The notes under the pieces are model-generated. The model saw nothing but the letters and a program-made list of their open reading frames with translations. It did not search any database and was not told the DNA's origin. Source: Polaromonas sp. (GTDB taxonomy: Bacteria; Pseudomonadota; Gammaproteobacteria; Burkholderiales; Burkholderiaceae_C). From it: 64,000 bases of DNA. Below are positions 10,417 to 19,834 of this stretch, piece after piece. Every line of letters begins with the position of its first letter. Position 1 is the first letter of the stretch. The stretch lies in NCBI GenBank assembly GCA_043718065.1, contig JAYSWJ010000086.1, positions 8,456 to 72,455 of the forward strand, given 5' to 3'. Both the position numbers and the translations under genes were made by a program.

Positions 10417-10812
10417 TTAGTCATACCAGTTTTCTACACGCAGGCCGGGCACGCGTGCAAACTCTCGGGTGTTGCGGGTGATGACCGTCAGGTCGTTGGC
10501 CAAGGCGATGCCTGCGATCAGTTGGTCAACTAGTCCGATCGGTGTACCAGCAGACTCTAGTGCATGGCGTAGCAAGCCCGCTGCTTTGGCGCTGGCGTAG
10601 TCCAACGGCAAAACTTCGTATACGCGCATGACGTGGTCAATCTGCAGGCGCTGTTGGTCGGGCCGTGTTGACTTTGCGGTACCAAACTCTAGCTCAAACA
10701 GAACAGGCGTTGCTAGCTTGATGGTCTGCGCTGCCGTAGCTTGCAAATGCTGGGCAACAGCGCCGCGTTGGTTAAACAAATAAATCAATGTGTTGGTATC
10801 GAGTAAATACAT
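10417..10812 (-). CDS. vapC: PIN-domain toxin VapC
   Basis: 131 aa. MYLLDTN (first acidic residue), FEL.FG, and C-terminal TRNTREF are PIN/VapC hallmarks. Confidence 0.8.
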   Translation of the reverse strand: MYLLDTNTLIYLFNQRGAVAQHLQATAAQTIKLATPVLFELEFGTAKSTRPDQQRLQIDHVMRVYEVLPLDYASAKAAGLLRHALESAGTPIGLVDQLIAGIALANDLTVITRNTREFARVPGLRVENWYD

Positions 10813-11066
10813 TACATCGGCTCGCGCAATGAGCCGGGTATTTCAGAGGCGCGAATTTCCTCTAGCGTGGGAAAGTCGTCAAATAAATGCGCGTTAGCTT
10901 TGATGTGCTCAAAAAAGCCTTCTGGGTATCCGTTGCTGTCTACGGGTAGTGTTTGCTCTTTTACCAGCTTGGCTAGCCAGCTGCTGAGCGACAGTTTGGC
11001 AGCGGCAGCGGCAGCTTTGGCACGGGCTATGGCGTCATCGTCCATGTAAATAGTGACTTGGCTCAT
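10812..11066 (-). CDS. vapB: Antitoxin of the VapBC pair
   Basis: 84 aa and immediately upstream of vapC with a 1-nt overlap. The small size and position are typical of an antitoxin. The fold was not identified. Confidence 0.55.
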   Translation of the reverse strand: MSQVTIYMDDDAIARAKAAAAAAKLSLSSWLAKLVKEQTLPVDSNGYPEGFFEHIKANAHLFDDFPTLEEIRASEIPGSLREPM

Positions 11067-11113
11067 GGCAGGATCCCTAAATAATTATATCGACAATTAT
11101 AAGTGCTTAGCAA

Positions 11114-14100
11114 TCATACTGCAAGTGCCTCAGGCTTGGCGACTGTGGTGGGCTGCCCCAAACTTTTGAGCACGTCCCGCACCATCTGCGCCCGTGCCTT
11201 GGTGTCTGGCAGCTCCCGTTCAATGCGCAGTTTGTCGTTGCCTGCCAGCTTGATGTGTTTGTTCTTTTGAATCAAATGAATGATGGCCAGGCTGTCTATT
11301 GGTGGGTCTTTTTGAAAGTTGATGGTGATCACGCCAGGGGCGGCGTCAACTTTGACGACGCCGTAGGGTTTGGCGATCACTCTGAGGCGGTGCACGTCGA
11401 TCAAGGTTTGCGCCTGGGCGGGCAGCTTGCCAAAGCGGTCGACTATTTCTTCTAGCAGTGCGTCGATATGGTCGGTGGTTTTGGCGGTGGCTAATTTTTT
11501 GTAGAAACTTAGGCGCAAATGCACATCGCCACAGTAGTCGTTGGGCAGCAGGGCTGGGGCGTGCAGGTTGATCTCAGTGGTGGCATGCAGTGGGCTGAGC
11601 AAATCGGGCTCTTTGCCAGCTTTTAACGCGCTCACGGCTTCGGTCAACATTTCGTTGTACAGCTGAAAGCCTACCTCCAGCATATTGCCTGACTGGTTCT
11701 CGCCCAGTACCTCACCAGCACCGCGAATTTCCAGGTCGTGCATGGCCAAATAGAAGCCACTGCCCAGTTCTTCCATCTGCTGGATGGCCTCTAGGCGCTG
11801 GCCAGCGTGTTTGGTCAGCGTCTGCACGTCGGGCACCATGAGGTAGGCGTAGGCTTGGTGGTGGCTACGGCCCACCCTGCCGCGCAGTTGGTGCAATTGG
11901 GCCAGGCCAAACTTGTCGGCGCGCGCCATCACTATGGTGTTGGCGGTGGGCACATCAATGCCAGTTTCAATAATGGTAGAGCACAGCAGCAGGTTGTAGC
12001 GCTGGGCGATAAAGTCTTTCATTACTTTTTCTAGCTGGCGTTCAGGCATTTGGCCGTGGGCTACAGCAATGCGCGCTTCGGGCAAAATTTCTTCTAGCTT
12101 GGCGCGGCGGTTTTCAATCGTCTCTACTTCGTTGTGCAAAAAGTAGACTTGTCCGCCACGTTTTAGCTCGCGCAGCACCGCCTCGCGTATCACACCTGTG
12201 CCTTCGGTGCGCACAAAGGTTTTAATGGCCAGGCGGCGCTGCGGTGCGGTGGCTATGACGCTTAAATCTCGCAAGCCCTCTAGCGCCATGCCCATCGTGC
12301 GTGGGATGGGCGTGGCGGTTAGCGTTAGCACGTCTACCTCGGCGCGCATGGCCTTCATGGCCTCTTTGTGGCGCACACCAAAACGATGCTCCTCATCCAC
12401 TATCAGCAAGCCAAGATCTTTGTATTTAACCGATGCGCTCAGTAGCTTGTGCGTACCCACCACAATGTCTACACTGCCATCGGCCAGGCCTTTGATAGCA
12501 GCGGTAATTTCTTTGCCGCTGCGAAAGCGGCTCATCTCCATAATTTTGACAGGCCATTTACTAAAACGATCCGTTAGCGTGGCGAAGTGCTGCTCGGCCA
12601 GCAGGGTAGTAGGCGCGAGGATGGCCACTTGCTTGCCGCCTGTTACGGCGATAAACGCGGCGCGCAAAGCTACCTCAGTTTTGCCAAAGCCTACGTCGCC
12701 GCACACTAGGCGGTCCATCGGCTGCGGGCTGATCATGTCTTGGATGACAGCGTGAATGGCAGCGCGCTGGTCAGCGGTTTCTTCAAAGCCAAAGTCGTTG
12801 GCAAAGCTTTCGTAGTCGTTGGGCGAATATTTAAACGCGTGGCCTTGGCGCGCGGCGCGGCGTGCATAGATGTTTAGCAGCTCGGCTGCGCTGTCGCGCA
12901 CTTGTTCGGCGGCGCGGCGCTTGGCTTTTTCCCACTGGCCGCTGCCGAGGCGGTGTAGGGGGGCTTCGTCGGCGCTTACCCCGGTGTAGCGGCTGATTAA
13001 ATGCAGCTGGCTGACGGGCACATACAGCTTAGCGTCGTCTGCATATTCGAGTAATAAAAACTCTTGTAGCGCTGCCGTGCCATCGGGCATTTTTTGCCCC
13101 ACGTCCATATTCATCAGGCCTTTGTAGCGGCCAATGCCGTGCTGGCTGTGCACTACAGGGTCGCCTACCTTGAGCTCGCTGAGGTCTTTGATGAGCGATT
13201 CGACATCGCTTACCTGCTCTTGCTTGCGCCGCCTGCGCGCACCACCACCTACAGTAGCAAACAGCTCTGTCTCGGTAATAAAGTCGATGCCACCTTCTGT
13301 CCACACAAACCCAGCACTCAGCGCTGCGGTGGCGATGCCTAGTTTTTCGTCACTGGCTTGAAATTCTGCTAGTGAATCAAAGGCCGGCGGTATCACATGG
13401 CTGGCGCGCAAAAAGTCTAGCAGGCTCTCACGGCGGCCATCGCTCTCGGCGATGATGAGCACGCGGTTTTTAGTGCCCACAAGGTGTGATTTAAGCAGCG
13501 ACAACGGCTCTTCCATGCCGCGCTGTGAGGCTAGGGCAGGTAAAGGCTCTGCTATAAAATCCGTAGCTGCTTGAGCAGTATTCTTAAGTGCTAGCTGCCT
13601 AAAAGCATTAGAAATACTGTAGAACTGTTCACTGGACAAAAACAACGCTTCGGGTGCCAACGCTGGCCGCTCTGGGTCGCCCTTGACCAAGCGATAGCGC
13701 TCTTTGGCGTCTTGCCAAAAATGTGCAAACGCGGGCTCTAAGTCGCCATGCAGCACCACGGTGGCTTGCTCGCCTAGGTAGTCAAACACAGTGGCCGTCT
13801 CGTCAAAAAACAGTGGCAAATAATATTCAATACCTGCAGTGGCTACGCCGTTACCCATGTCTTTGTAAATGCGGCTTTTGGTCGGGTCGCCCTCCAGCAG
13901 TTCGCGCCAGCGGTTGCGAAACTTGGCCCGTGCTGCGTCGTCCATCGGAAACTCATGCCCCGGCAGCAGGCGTACCTCGGGCACAGGGTACAGGCTACGC
14001 TGGCTGTCTGGGTCAAAGGTGCGAATACTGTCAACTTCGTCGTCAAATAAATCGACGCGGTAAGGCACTAGGCTGCCCATCGGGAACAGGTCAATCAGCC

Positions 14101-14650
14101 CGCCGCGCATAGCATACTCCCCCGGGCTGACCACTTGGGTGACGTGGTTGTACCCCGCCAGTGTCAGTTGCGCCTTAAGCTTGGCTTCGTCTAACTTTTG
14201 CTTAACCCTAAAGTGGAATGTGTAGCCCGCTAAAAAGCTGGGCGGCGCTAGGCGGTACAGCGCGGTGGTGGCGGGTATCAGCACCACGTCTGCAGGCGCT
14301 TGGCTTGTTTGCCCATTAGCGCTTTCTGCTGAGAGGTTTTTAGCGTTGCTGCGGCTATGAATGCGCCACAGCGTGGCCAGCCGTTCGCTGATTAAATCTT
14401 GGTGCGGCGAAAACGTGTCGTAGGGCAGTGTTTCCCAGTCGGGGAACATCACGGTTTGCAAATCGGGTGCGAAAAAAGCAATTTCGTCCAGTATGCGCTG
14501 CGCATCGGTTGCGTCTGCGGTAACGATGGCGGTGATGCGACCTGTGGCTTTCTCGCGCGTGGCAAATTCTGCCAGTAGCATGGAGTCAGCCGAGCTGATA
14601 GGGCGGGGCAGGGTATGGCGCTTAGCCGGTGATAGTTTGGGGTAATCCAC
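11114..14650 (-). CDS. mfd: Transcription-repair coupling factor Mfd
   Basis: 1178 aa. Superfamily-2 helicase motifs GDVGFGKTEVA, DEEHRFG and QLRGRVGR are present, together with the RNAP-interacting and TRG regions. Confidence 0.95.
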   Translation of the reverse strand: MDYPKLSPAKRHTLPRPISSADSMLLAEFATREKATGRITAIVTADATDAQRILDEIAFFAPDLQTVMFPDWETLPYDTFSPHQDLISERLATLWRIHSRSNAKNLSAESANGQTSQAPADVVLIPATTALYRLAPPSFLAGYTFHFRVKQKLDEAKLKAQLTLAGYNHVTQVVSPGEYAMRGGLIDLFPMGSLVPYRVDLFDDEVDSIRTFDPDSQRSLYPVPEVRLLPGHEFPMDDAARAKFRNRWRELLEGDPTKSRIYKDMGNGVATAGIEYYLPLFFDETATVFDYLGEQATVVLHGDLEPAFAHFWQDAKERYRLVKGDPERPALAPEALFLSSEQFYSISNAFRQLALKNTAQAATDFIAEPLPALASQRGMEEPLSLLKSHLVGTKNRVLIIAESDGRRESLLDFLRASHVIPPAFDSLAEFQASDEKLGIATAALSAGFVWTEGGIDFITETELFATVGGGARRRRKQEQVSDVESLIKDLSELKVGDPVVHSQHGIGRYKGLMNMDVGQKMPDGTAALQEFLLLEYADDAKLYVPVSQLHLISRYTGVSADEAPLHRLGSGQWEKAKRRAAEQVRDSAAELLNIYARRAARQGHAFKYSPNDYESFANDFGFEETADQRAAIHAVIQDMISPQPMDRLVCGDVGFGKTEVALRAAFIAVTGGKQVAILAPTTLLAEQHFATLTDRFSKWPVKIMEMSRFRSGKEITAAIKGLADGSVDIVVGTHKLLSASVKYKDLGLLIVDEEHRFGVRHKEAMKAMRAEVDVLTLTATPIPRTMGMALEGLRDLSVIATAPQRRLAIKTFVRTEGTGVIREAVLRELKRGGQVYFLHNEVETIENRRAKLEEILPEARIAVAHGQMPERQLEKVMKDFIAQRYNLLLCSTIIETGIDVPTANTIVMARADKFGLAQLHQLRGRVGRSHHQAYAYLMVPDVQTLTKHAGQRLEAIQQMEELGSGFYLAMHDLEIRGAGEVLGENQSGNMLEVGFQLYNEMLTEAVSALKAGKEPDLLSPLHATTEINLHAPALLPNDYCGDVHLRLSFYKKLATAKTTDHIDALLEEIVDRFGKLPAQAQTLIDVHRLRVIAKPYGVVKVDAAPGVITINFQKDPPIDSLAIIHLIQKNKHIKLAGNDKLRIERELPDTKARAQMVRDVLKSLGQPTTVAKPEALAV

Positions 14651-14795
14651 TGTGGTAATGCCGATGGTCTGAAATATTGTGTCGTTTTAAAGCAGAAAAT
14701 ACAAAACACCCCAAAGCCTGTGCAGTGGGGTGTGAGGTAGCTTGAACAGCTCAAGTGGGTAGATTTTAGAATACCAGCTTAAGATAAGCTCACTT

Positions 14796-15572
14796 ATGCC
14801 TTCAAGCCCCCAAAACACCACGGCCACCTCCGCTGCTGGCCCCCAATTTTTTGCACTAATCCCCTGTGGAGGCTCGGGTAGCCGCGCCTTGGCAGGGTCA
14901 ATCACCGCGCTACCCAAGCAATATCAATCCATTGCCGGCCAGCCCATGGTAGCCCACACGCTGGCCGCATTTGCCGCCGTACCACGCATCGCCGAAACCC
15001 TGACTGTGGTGGCACCCAACGACGACTTGTTTGCCCACCACGTAGGCTCAACCTACTGGGTAGCAGCCTGCGCCAGCGACACCCGGGCTAAAACCGTGCT
15101 GAATGGTTTACGAGCCATGCTAGAGCAAGGCGCAAAAGCAGACGACTGGGTGCTGGTGCACGATGCAGCGCGCTGCCTGGTCACCCCTGAACAAATCAAC
15201 ACCTTGATTGACGCTTGCCAGCACGACGTAGTGGGCGGCCTGCTGGCGCTGCCGCTGCCCGATACGCTGAAAAAAGCCGACGCTGGCCGCGTAGCCAGCA
15301 CGGTTAACCGCACCGATAAATGGCTAGCCCACACGCCGCAGATGTTTCGTATTGGCCTGCTGGTAGATGCGCTAACGCAAGCGCTTGACCACAACTTGGC
15401 TAGCGTTACAGACGAGTCCAGCGCTATGGAAGCCTTGGGCCATGCGCCTAAGCTGGTGCACAGTAGTGCGCAAAACTTTAAAGTGACTTATCTTGAAGAT
15501 TTTCCGCTGGCCGAGGCTATTTTTCTAGGCAGAAAAGCTAAGCAGAAAAATTTAACCCCAAGTTCAGTATAA
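14796..15572 (+). CDS. ispD: 2-C-methyl-D-erythritol 4-phosphate cytidylyltransferase
   Basis: [21 protein letters not shown] and HTPQMF are IspD motifs. Confidence 0.9.
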   Translation: MPSSPQNTTATSAAGPQFFALIPCGGSGSRALAGSITALPKQYQSIAGQPMVAHTLAAFAAVPRIAETLTVVAPNDDLFAHHVGSTYWVAACASDTRAKTVLNGLRAMLEQGAKADDWVLVHDAARCLVTPEQINTLIDACQHDVVGGLLALPLPDTLKKADAGRVASTVNRTDKWLAHTPQMFRIGLLVDALTQALDHNLASVTDESSAMEALGHAPKLVHSSAQNFKVTYLEDFPLAEAIFLGRKAKQKNLTPSSV

Positions 15573-15607
15573 AAGTTGGATCTAAAAATCCAACTGAGAA
15601 GCTTCGC

Positions 15608-16126
15608 ATGAAAGACCGTGATATGACCGCCACCAAAGTACCCAGCTTCAAAATAGGCGAAGGCTGGGACACCCACGCCTTAGTCCCCGGTCGCAAGCTG
15701 ATCTTGGGCGGCATACACGTACCCTTCGATAAGGGCTTGCTAGGCCACTCAGACGCTGACGTTTTACTGCATGCCATCATCGACGCGCTTTTAGGTGCTG
15801 CCGGCTTAGGCGATATAGGCCGCCACTTCCCAGACACCGACGCGCAGTTCAAAGGCGCAGATTCCATCGTGCTACTGCAAGTTGCCGCCCAGCGCGTGCG
15901 CGCCGCAGGCTACGAGATAGGCAATATCGACAGCACCATCATTGCGCAAGCGCCCAAGCTAGCCGCGTACATCCCGGCGATGTGTGAGCGTATTGCAGCA
16001 GCACTAGGCTTAGCGGTATCGCAAGTTAATGTCAAAGCTAAAACTGCAGAGAAGATGGGCCCCGTAGGTGAGGGGCAGAGCATGGAGGCGCGGGCGGTGG
16101 TGCTGCTGGCTGTAGCTGGTGGCTAA
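15608..16126 (+). CDS. ispF: 2-C-methyl-D-erythritol 2,4-cyclodiphosphate synthase
   Basis: [31 protein letters not shown] and [10 protein letters not shown] are IspF motifs. An alternative start lies at 15623. Confidence 0.9.
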   Translation: MKDRDMTATKVPSFKIGEGWDTHALVPGRKLILGGIHVPFDKGLLGHSDADVLLHAIIDALLGAAGLGDIGRHFPDTDAQFKGADSIVLLQVAAQRVRAAGYEIGNIDSTIIAQAPKLAAYIPAMCERIAAALGLAVSQVNVKAKTAEKMGPVGEGQSMEARAVVLLAVAGG

Positions 16127-16521
16127 CTACAAAATTTATAGCAAACTCATATCTTCCAGTCGCATGAACACTTAAGCACTTCGCGCTCGATGCGTTGGAA
16201 GGCGCTAGACCCAGCCTGAAATGTTTTAAATAGTGCGAGTATTAGGGCTGATAGCTCCTTCCTAAGTGCAAGAAATGGGAGTTTTGGATGCGGTTTTGCA
16301 ATGGATTAAATTTTTTTTAAAGCCTAGGAATTTATATGCTGTTTAGGCATTTTAGACCGTAGATACTGGTCAAGCAGCTATTGAATTTGTAGTGCTCTGC
16401 TTTCTTGGTTAGACGTTTAGCTCCCTCTTGGCAACGCATGGCTTTGTTGTTTACTTTGGACGGGCGGCGCACATGTCGCTCACCCTGTTAGATATAGTAT
16501 TTTGAAGGTACGTGCACCTAT

Positions 16522-16596
16522 GAGATGCAATTTGGAGTCAGCAACTGTCCTAGTAAGACAGAGTGAGATATTTATATAGTCCCGCGCGAGATAAAC
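16522..16596 (+). repeat. Left-end transposase-binding-type repeats L1-L3
   Basis: GAGATGCAA (16522), GAGATATTT (16565), GAGATAAAC (16588). Start-to-start spacing is 43 and 23 bp. The same core occurs inverted at the right end. Confidence 0.6.
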
Positions 16597-16638
16597 AGGC
16601 GACTTAGTGGGACTCGGGGATGAAAAAGGGGACAGGCT

Positions 16639-16664
16639 AAAAAATACAGTTTCCTGTCAGGAAA
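16639..16664 (-). terminator. Putative terminator of the leftward late operon
   Basis: The palindrome TTTCCTG-T-CAGGAAA (16650-16664) spans the stop codon of the last gene. On the minus strand it is followed by CTGTA + TTTTTT (16639-16644). Confidence 0.4.
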
Positions 16665-16986
16665 TAATTGGCGCATTAGAAATATTGTCGATCAGAGAGG
16701 CTATTAGTGACCCGGAGGCCCATGTCTTAACTATCCTTACTTCCCCAGAGCCTCGTTCAACTATTGTCACAATAGTTGCCTGGTTGGGCTCCGCACAAAG
16801 TGAAGCCCGCGCATCTAATTTTTGTAGATAGCGGCCTAAGGCCGATCTTGAAAGATCTACGATCTTTAAATCTTGAATTAGATCAATCAGATCATCAAGA
16901 TTTAAATGTCTATTTGCTTGAATACACTGATAAATTTTCGCCTTCTTGGCAGAATCCAGCTTGTCTATAGTAGATTTTTGACCCAT
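16657..16986 (-). CDS. Truncated paralog of the DUF3486-type small-terminase N-terminal (HTH) domain
   Basis: 109 aa. The N-terminal ~60 aa align by eye with the ORF at 21222-21788 (MGxKSxI..L...K..I......L..LI.DLQ......LSRSAxGRYxQKL). The C-terminus is unrelated. The gene is visibly AT-richer than the rest of the phage. Confidence 0.55.
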   Translation of the reverse strand: MGQKSTIDKLDSAKKAKIYQCIQANRHLNLDDLIDLIQDLKIVDLSRSALGRYLQKLDARASLCAEPNQATIVTIVERGSGEVRIVKTWASGSLIASLIDNISNAPIIS

Positions 16987-16993
16987 TTTTAAC

Positions 16994-17509
16994 TCACTTT
17001 GTTAAATAGCTCTCGATGATCAAGAGGATGTTGGTTTTGTCGGCAGGGCTGATGCCTAGGAAGGGGCGGGCGGGGATATCGCCCCATAGATGGGGGAATT
17101 GGGACTTGGTGCCGCCAAACTGCTGCATGGCGGCGTATTCCATCGGGCTGCCCACTGAAACTCCGGCTGCGCCCTTTAGCTGGTAGTTGATGGTGGTGGC
17201 TAGGGCGCGGGATTCGCCCGTCAGGGGCTTTTTACCCGCGGTGCGCGCCGCACCTTTCTTACTTAGGCTGCCGTCTTTTTTGAAATTTCCACCCGTTTGG
17301 CCTAAAAATCGGGCGCCGGTGACGGCGCTGTTAGCAGCCCAAGCTGTGCCATCGGGGCTAGTAGCAGAGCTAAAACGACGCTTAGTGGTGTCTACCAAGT
17401 CTTCTCCGATCTCCAGAAAAGCGGGGCGCATGTTTTTGGCACGGCCAATGATCTCGCTTAAACGATCCTGCACCTGCTTGTCGTTGTATTTGACGGTTAC
17501 TGTACTCAT
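16994..17509 (-). CDS. Virion morphogenesis protein (Mu gpG-like)
   Basis: The profile MSTVTVKYNDKQV...MRPAFLEIGEDLVDTTKRRF...DGTAWA matches the phage virion morphogenesis family. It sits after the F-like gene. An alternative start lies at 17548. Confidence 0.8.
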   Translation of the reverse strand: MSTVTVKYNDKQVQDRLSEIIGRAKNMRPAFLEIGEDLVDTTKRRFSSATSPDGTAWAANSAVTGARFLGQTGGNFKKDGSLSKKGAARTAGKKPLTGESRALATTINYQLKGAAGVSVGSPMEYAAMQQFGGTKSQFPHLWGDIPARPFLGISPADKTNILLIIESYLTK

Positions 17510-17513
17510 TTGG

Positions 17514-18305
17514 CTAATTCCCCGCTTTGAATTTTGCGATATCGGCAACCAAAGCTTGAGCGATCGCTTCGGGGTAGCTGATCAGCTTATCTTGCACCAT
17601 CTGGGTTAGCGAGGCCTCTACATTGGCACCAGGTGCATAAGCCCAGCCTTTGTCTATGCCCGCTGGCGCGCCTGTTTTAGAGTCGATGGCGTCCCAGCCT
17701 TCGGGTGGCGCTGTGGCATCGCCCGAAGCAGGCCCGCGTACAGCTTTAATACGGCACTGGCAACCCCAGCCATTGGGCGGGAAGTGGGTGCGCCAAAAAG
17801 GGTGGTCTTTTGGAAGGGTCAGCTTGGAGTCACCCCAGGCCTGGTGCAATGGGCGGGGCGAAAGCACGCTGTCGCTGTGGATGTATTGCCAAAAGGGCCG
17901 CGCGCGCGCCAGATCTGGGTCGTTGAGCTGCGCCCAGCGGCCTGCAGCGTAGCTGGTGGCGATGTTGGTCTGGTAGATCACGCGCGTTCGCCAAGCCTCG
18001 CCTGCCTTAGTGCCTTGGCCGGTCCAGCCCGCCCAGCCGGACTTGCGCACTGCCTGGGCAAAGTCTTTGCGAAACTGGCCTATGCTTCCGCCAGTGACAG
18101 CTTTATCAACCGCCGCGCGCAGGTCGCTAAGCAGGTCGGCTTTTTGGGCACCGGCCACGTAAAACGCTTTGTCGTTAGCCCGAGTTTGAATATCGTCCCA
18201 ACGCTCGGTAGGCAAATTAAGCTTATCGCGGAAAAAGTCGATTTGCTCTTGGAACTGCTGACGCAGGCCGTCTAATTCGATGGCGATATCTTCGGGCGAG
18301 GCCAT
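17514..18305 (-). CDS. Head morphogenesis protein (Mu gpF / SPP1 gp7 family)
   Basis: The C-terminal PNGWGCQCR motif and its position directly after the portal gene support the call. Confidence 0.85.
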   Translation of the reverse strand: MASPEDIAIELDGLRQQFQEQIDFFRDKLNLPTERWDDIQTRANDKAFYVAGAQKADLLSDLRAAVDKAVTGGSIGQFRKDFAQAVRKSGWAGWTGQGTKAGEAWRTRVIYQTNIATSYAAGRWAQLNDPDLARARPFWQYIHSDSVLSPRPLHQAWGDSKLTLPKDHPFWRTHFPPNGWGCQCRIKAVRGPASGDATAPPEGWDAIDSKTGAPAGIDKGWAYAPGANVEASLTQMVQDKLISYPEAIAQALVADIAKFKAGN

Positions 18306-19834
18306 TACACGGCCTTGGCAGTCTCGGAGACCACTGCGTCTAGCCCGGCCAGCTCAGCCGCGGCGAAGGCCAGCGCCATCAGCTCTTGCAACTTGTCGCT
18401 AGGAAGGTTGCCATAGGCGTTGACCAGCTGGTCGCGCAGCGCCTCAATGCTGGGCGCAGCGCTGACCATCTCGGAGATTTGCTGCATCCATTGGGACAGC
18501 ACGAGGTCGCCCGCTTTGTTAATGTTTTCCAAAATAGGGTCGGTGGGTAGCGCTGGTTTGGCTGGGTTGCCCTCGGCAAAGCTGGTGGGTGTCGCTATAG
18601 GTAAAACAGGCGCGGCCAGCGGAGCAGGTGCCAGCTCCCAGCCATCGCCATAGCGCTCACGCACATATTCCAAGGTGGGCTTAAAGCCCAAAGAAGCCAC
18701 GTTCACATCGGTGTCTGACGCGGCCTTGAGGTCTTCAGCCTTTTTGATATCGCGGCTAACCATGCAGGGCGTGAGGCCGTTGTACTCGCAAATCCACTGA
18801 ATCAGGGTGCTATTGAGGGTGTCGCTGAGCAGGTCGGAGTCGGCTTGCACCAGGTCAAGACGCACGTCCTCGCGCTCATTGGCGGCGGCACCGGTTGCGC
18901 CCGTAGTCTGCGTGGCCTCTTGGCTTAATATGACCTCAGAAATCCAGTTGTCCATATAGGCACACAGGTCTTTTTGGGTGCTGATGGAGCCTGTCAGTTT
19001 GCTTTCGAGTAGCTCGATGGACATGCCGTCTGGCGTCATCAGCACGCCGTCGTTGCTCATGGCCTTAAGGGCATCAAATAGCGTGCCCTTTTCCTTCGCG
19101 CCCGCGTTGTTGGGATATTTCCCCCAAGGGGTTGGAGACCCAAAACGATCGTTCAACTTGTTCCAGCTCAAAATACCTTTGCGCTTGAAAAAAACAGGCC
19201 AGTAGAGCTGCAAGCCCAGGCCCGTGCCGTAGGGGTTGTCATCTTCAGGATTAAAACGGTGCACGATGAATTTGCGATCTGGCAGTGGCTCGCCCGTAAG
19301 CATGTTTTGCGCCGTCAGCAGGCGCAGCTCGGGGGCGGCATTCGGGTCGGTCTGTTGGTATACAAAGCGGCGCTGCGCGCGCTTGACAATGCGCACGGGA
19401 ACGATCATGTTTTCTCGGGCAGACCAGACGATTTCTGCGGGCACAAAGCCCAAGATCAATGCATTTAAAAAATCGCTGCAAACCCTGTCAAACATTAGGC
19501 GTTTGAGCATGCCCTGCACGATCTCAGCATCCTTTTGGCCCTGCGGGCCATCCTCTACCGGATCCACTTTCCACGGGCGGCTAATCAGCGCTAACTTGCG
19601 CTTTTGCAAGCCGCTAAAAACCTTGCCGTCGCGCAGCAAGTCTTTGTACAGCTCGTAGCTATTGCCTGCGCTGCCGCGCTCTAAAAGCAAAGGGTCGTTG
19701 GTGCGAATTAGTCCGTTGAACAAGTTTTCAAAAGGGTCACGCAGGCGATTGGCCACCTCGGTGTTGAGCTCAGGCGATGGTGCGGCGCTGCTACCCACGG
19801 CGGTTGATTTAATGATCGTTTTAGAAGTGGCCAT
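18305..19834 (-). CDS. Portal protein (Mu gp29 / DUF935 family)
   Basis: About 509 aa from the ATG at 19834, which shares TAATG with the TerL stop. Size, position and sequence profile fit DUF935 portals. Confidence 0.8.
   Translation of the reverse strand: MATSKTIIKSTAVGSSAAPSPELNTEVANRLRDPFENLFNGLIRTNDPLLLERGSAGNSYELYKDLLRDGKVFSGLQKRKLALISRPWKVDPVEDGPQGQKDAEIVQGMLKRLMFDRVCSDFLNALILGFVPAEIVWSARENMIVPVRIVKRAQRRFVYQQTDPNAAPELRLLTAQNMLTGEPLPDRKFIVHRFNPEDDNPYGTGLGLQLYWPVFFKRKGILSWNKLNDRFGSPTPWGKYPNNAGAKEKGTLFDALKAMSNDGVLMTPDGMSIELLESKLTGSISTQKDLCAYMDNWISEVILSQEATQTTGATGAAANEREDVRLDLVQADSDLLSDTLNSTLIQWICEYNGLTPCMVSRDIKKAEDLKAASDTDVNVASLGFKPTLEYVRERYGDGWELAPAPLAAPVLPIATPTSFAEGNPAKPALPTDPILENINKAGDLVLSQWMQQISEMVSAAPSIEALRDQLVNAYGNLPSDKLQELMALAFAAAELAGLDAVVSETAKAV

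Noticed and set aside
16127-16512. A 386-bp AT-rich non-coding stretch between ispF and the prophage end. It was scanned for tRNA/tmRNA-type attachment sites, small ORFs and CRISPR-like repeats.
   Set aside because: I could fold no cloverleaf by eye, there are no repeat-spacer arrays, and only ORFs under 25 aa are present. Mu-type elements do not need tRNA att sites. It contains one copy of the host intergenic repeat, which is reported separately.
16514-16518. GCACC occurs at 16514-16518 and again at 56894-56898, a candidate 5-bp target-site duplication for the prophage.
   Set aside because: It would require termini TAT.../...ACACA at very different distances (3 vs 11 nt) from the outermost repeats. 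It would also break the TG/CA symmetry. A 5-mer match within a few nt of slack is expected by chance, so it is left unresolved rather than claimed.
16507-16522. GGTACGTGCACCTATG on the left flank resembles GGTATGCCTATG at 56903-56914 on the right flank, a possible longer direct repeat.
   Set aside because: It needs two indels to align, and the two copies sit at different offsets from the end repeats. It is probably coincidence.
16607-16831. A 74-aa plus-strand ORF at the left end.
   Set aside because: It is antisense to the TerS-N paralog, which has clear homology support. It would also run from inside the end-repeat region.
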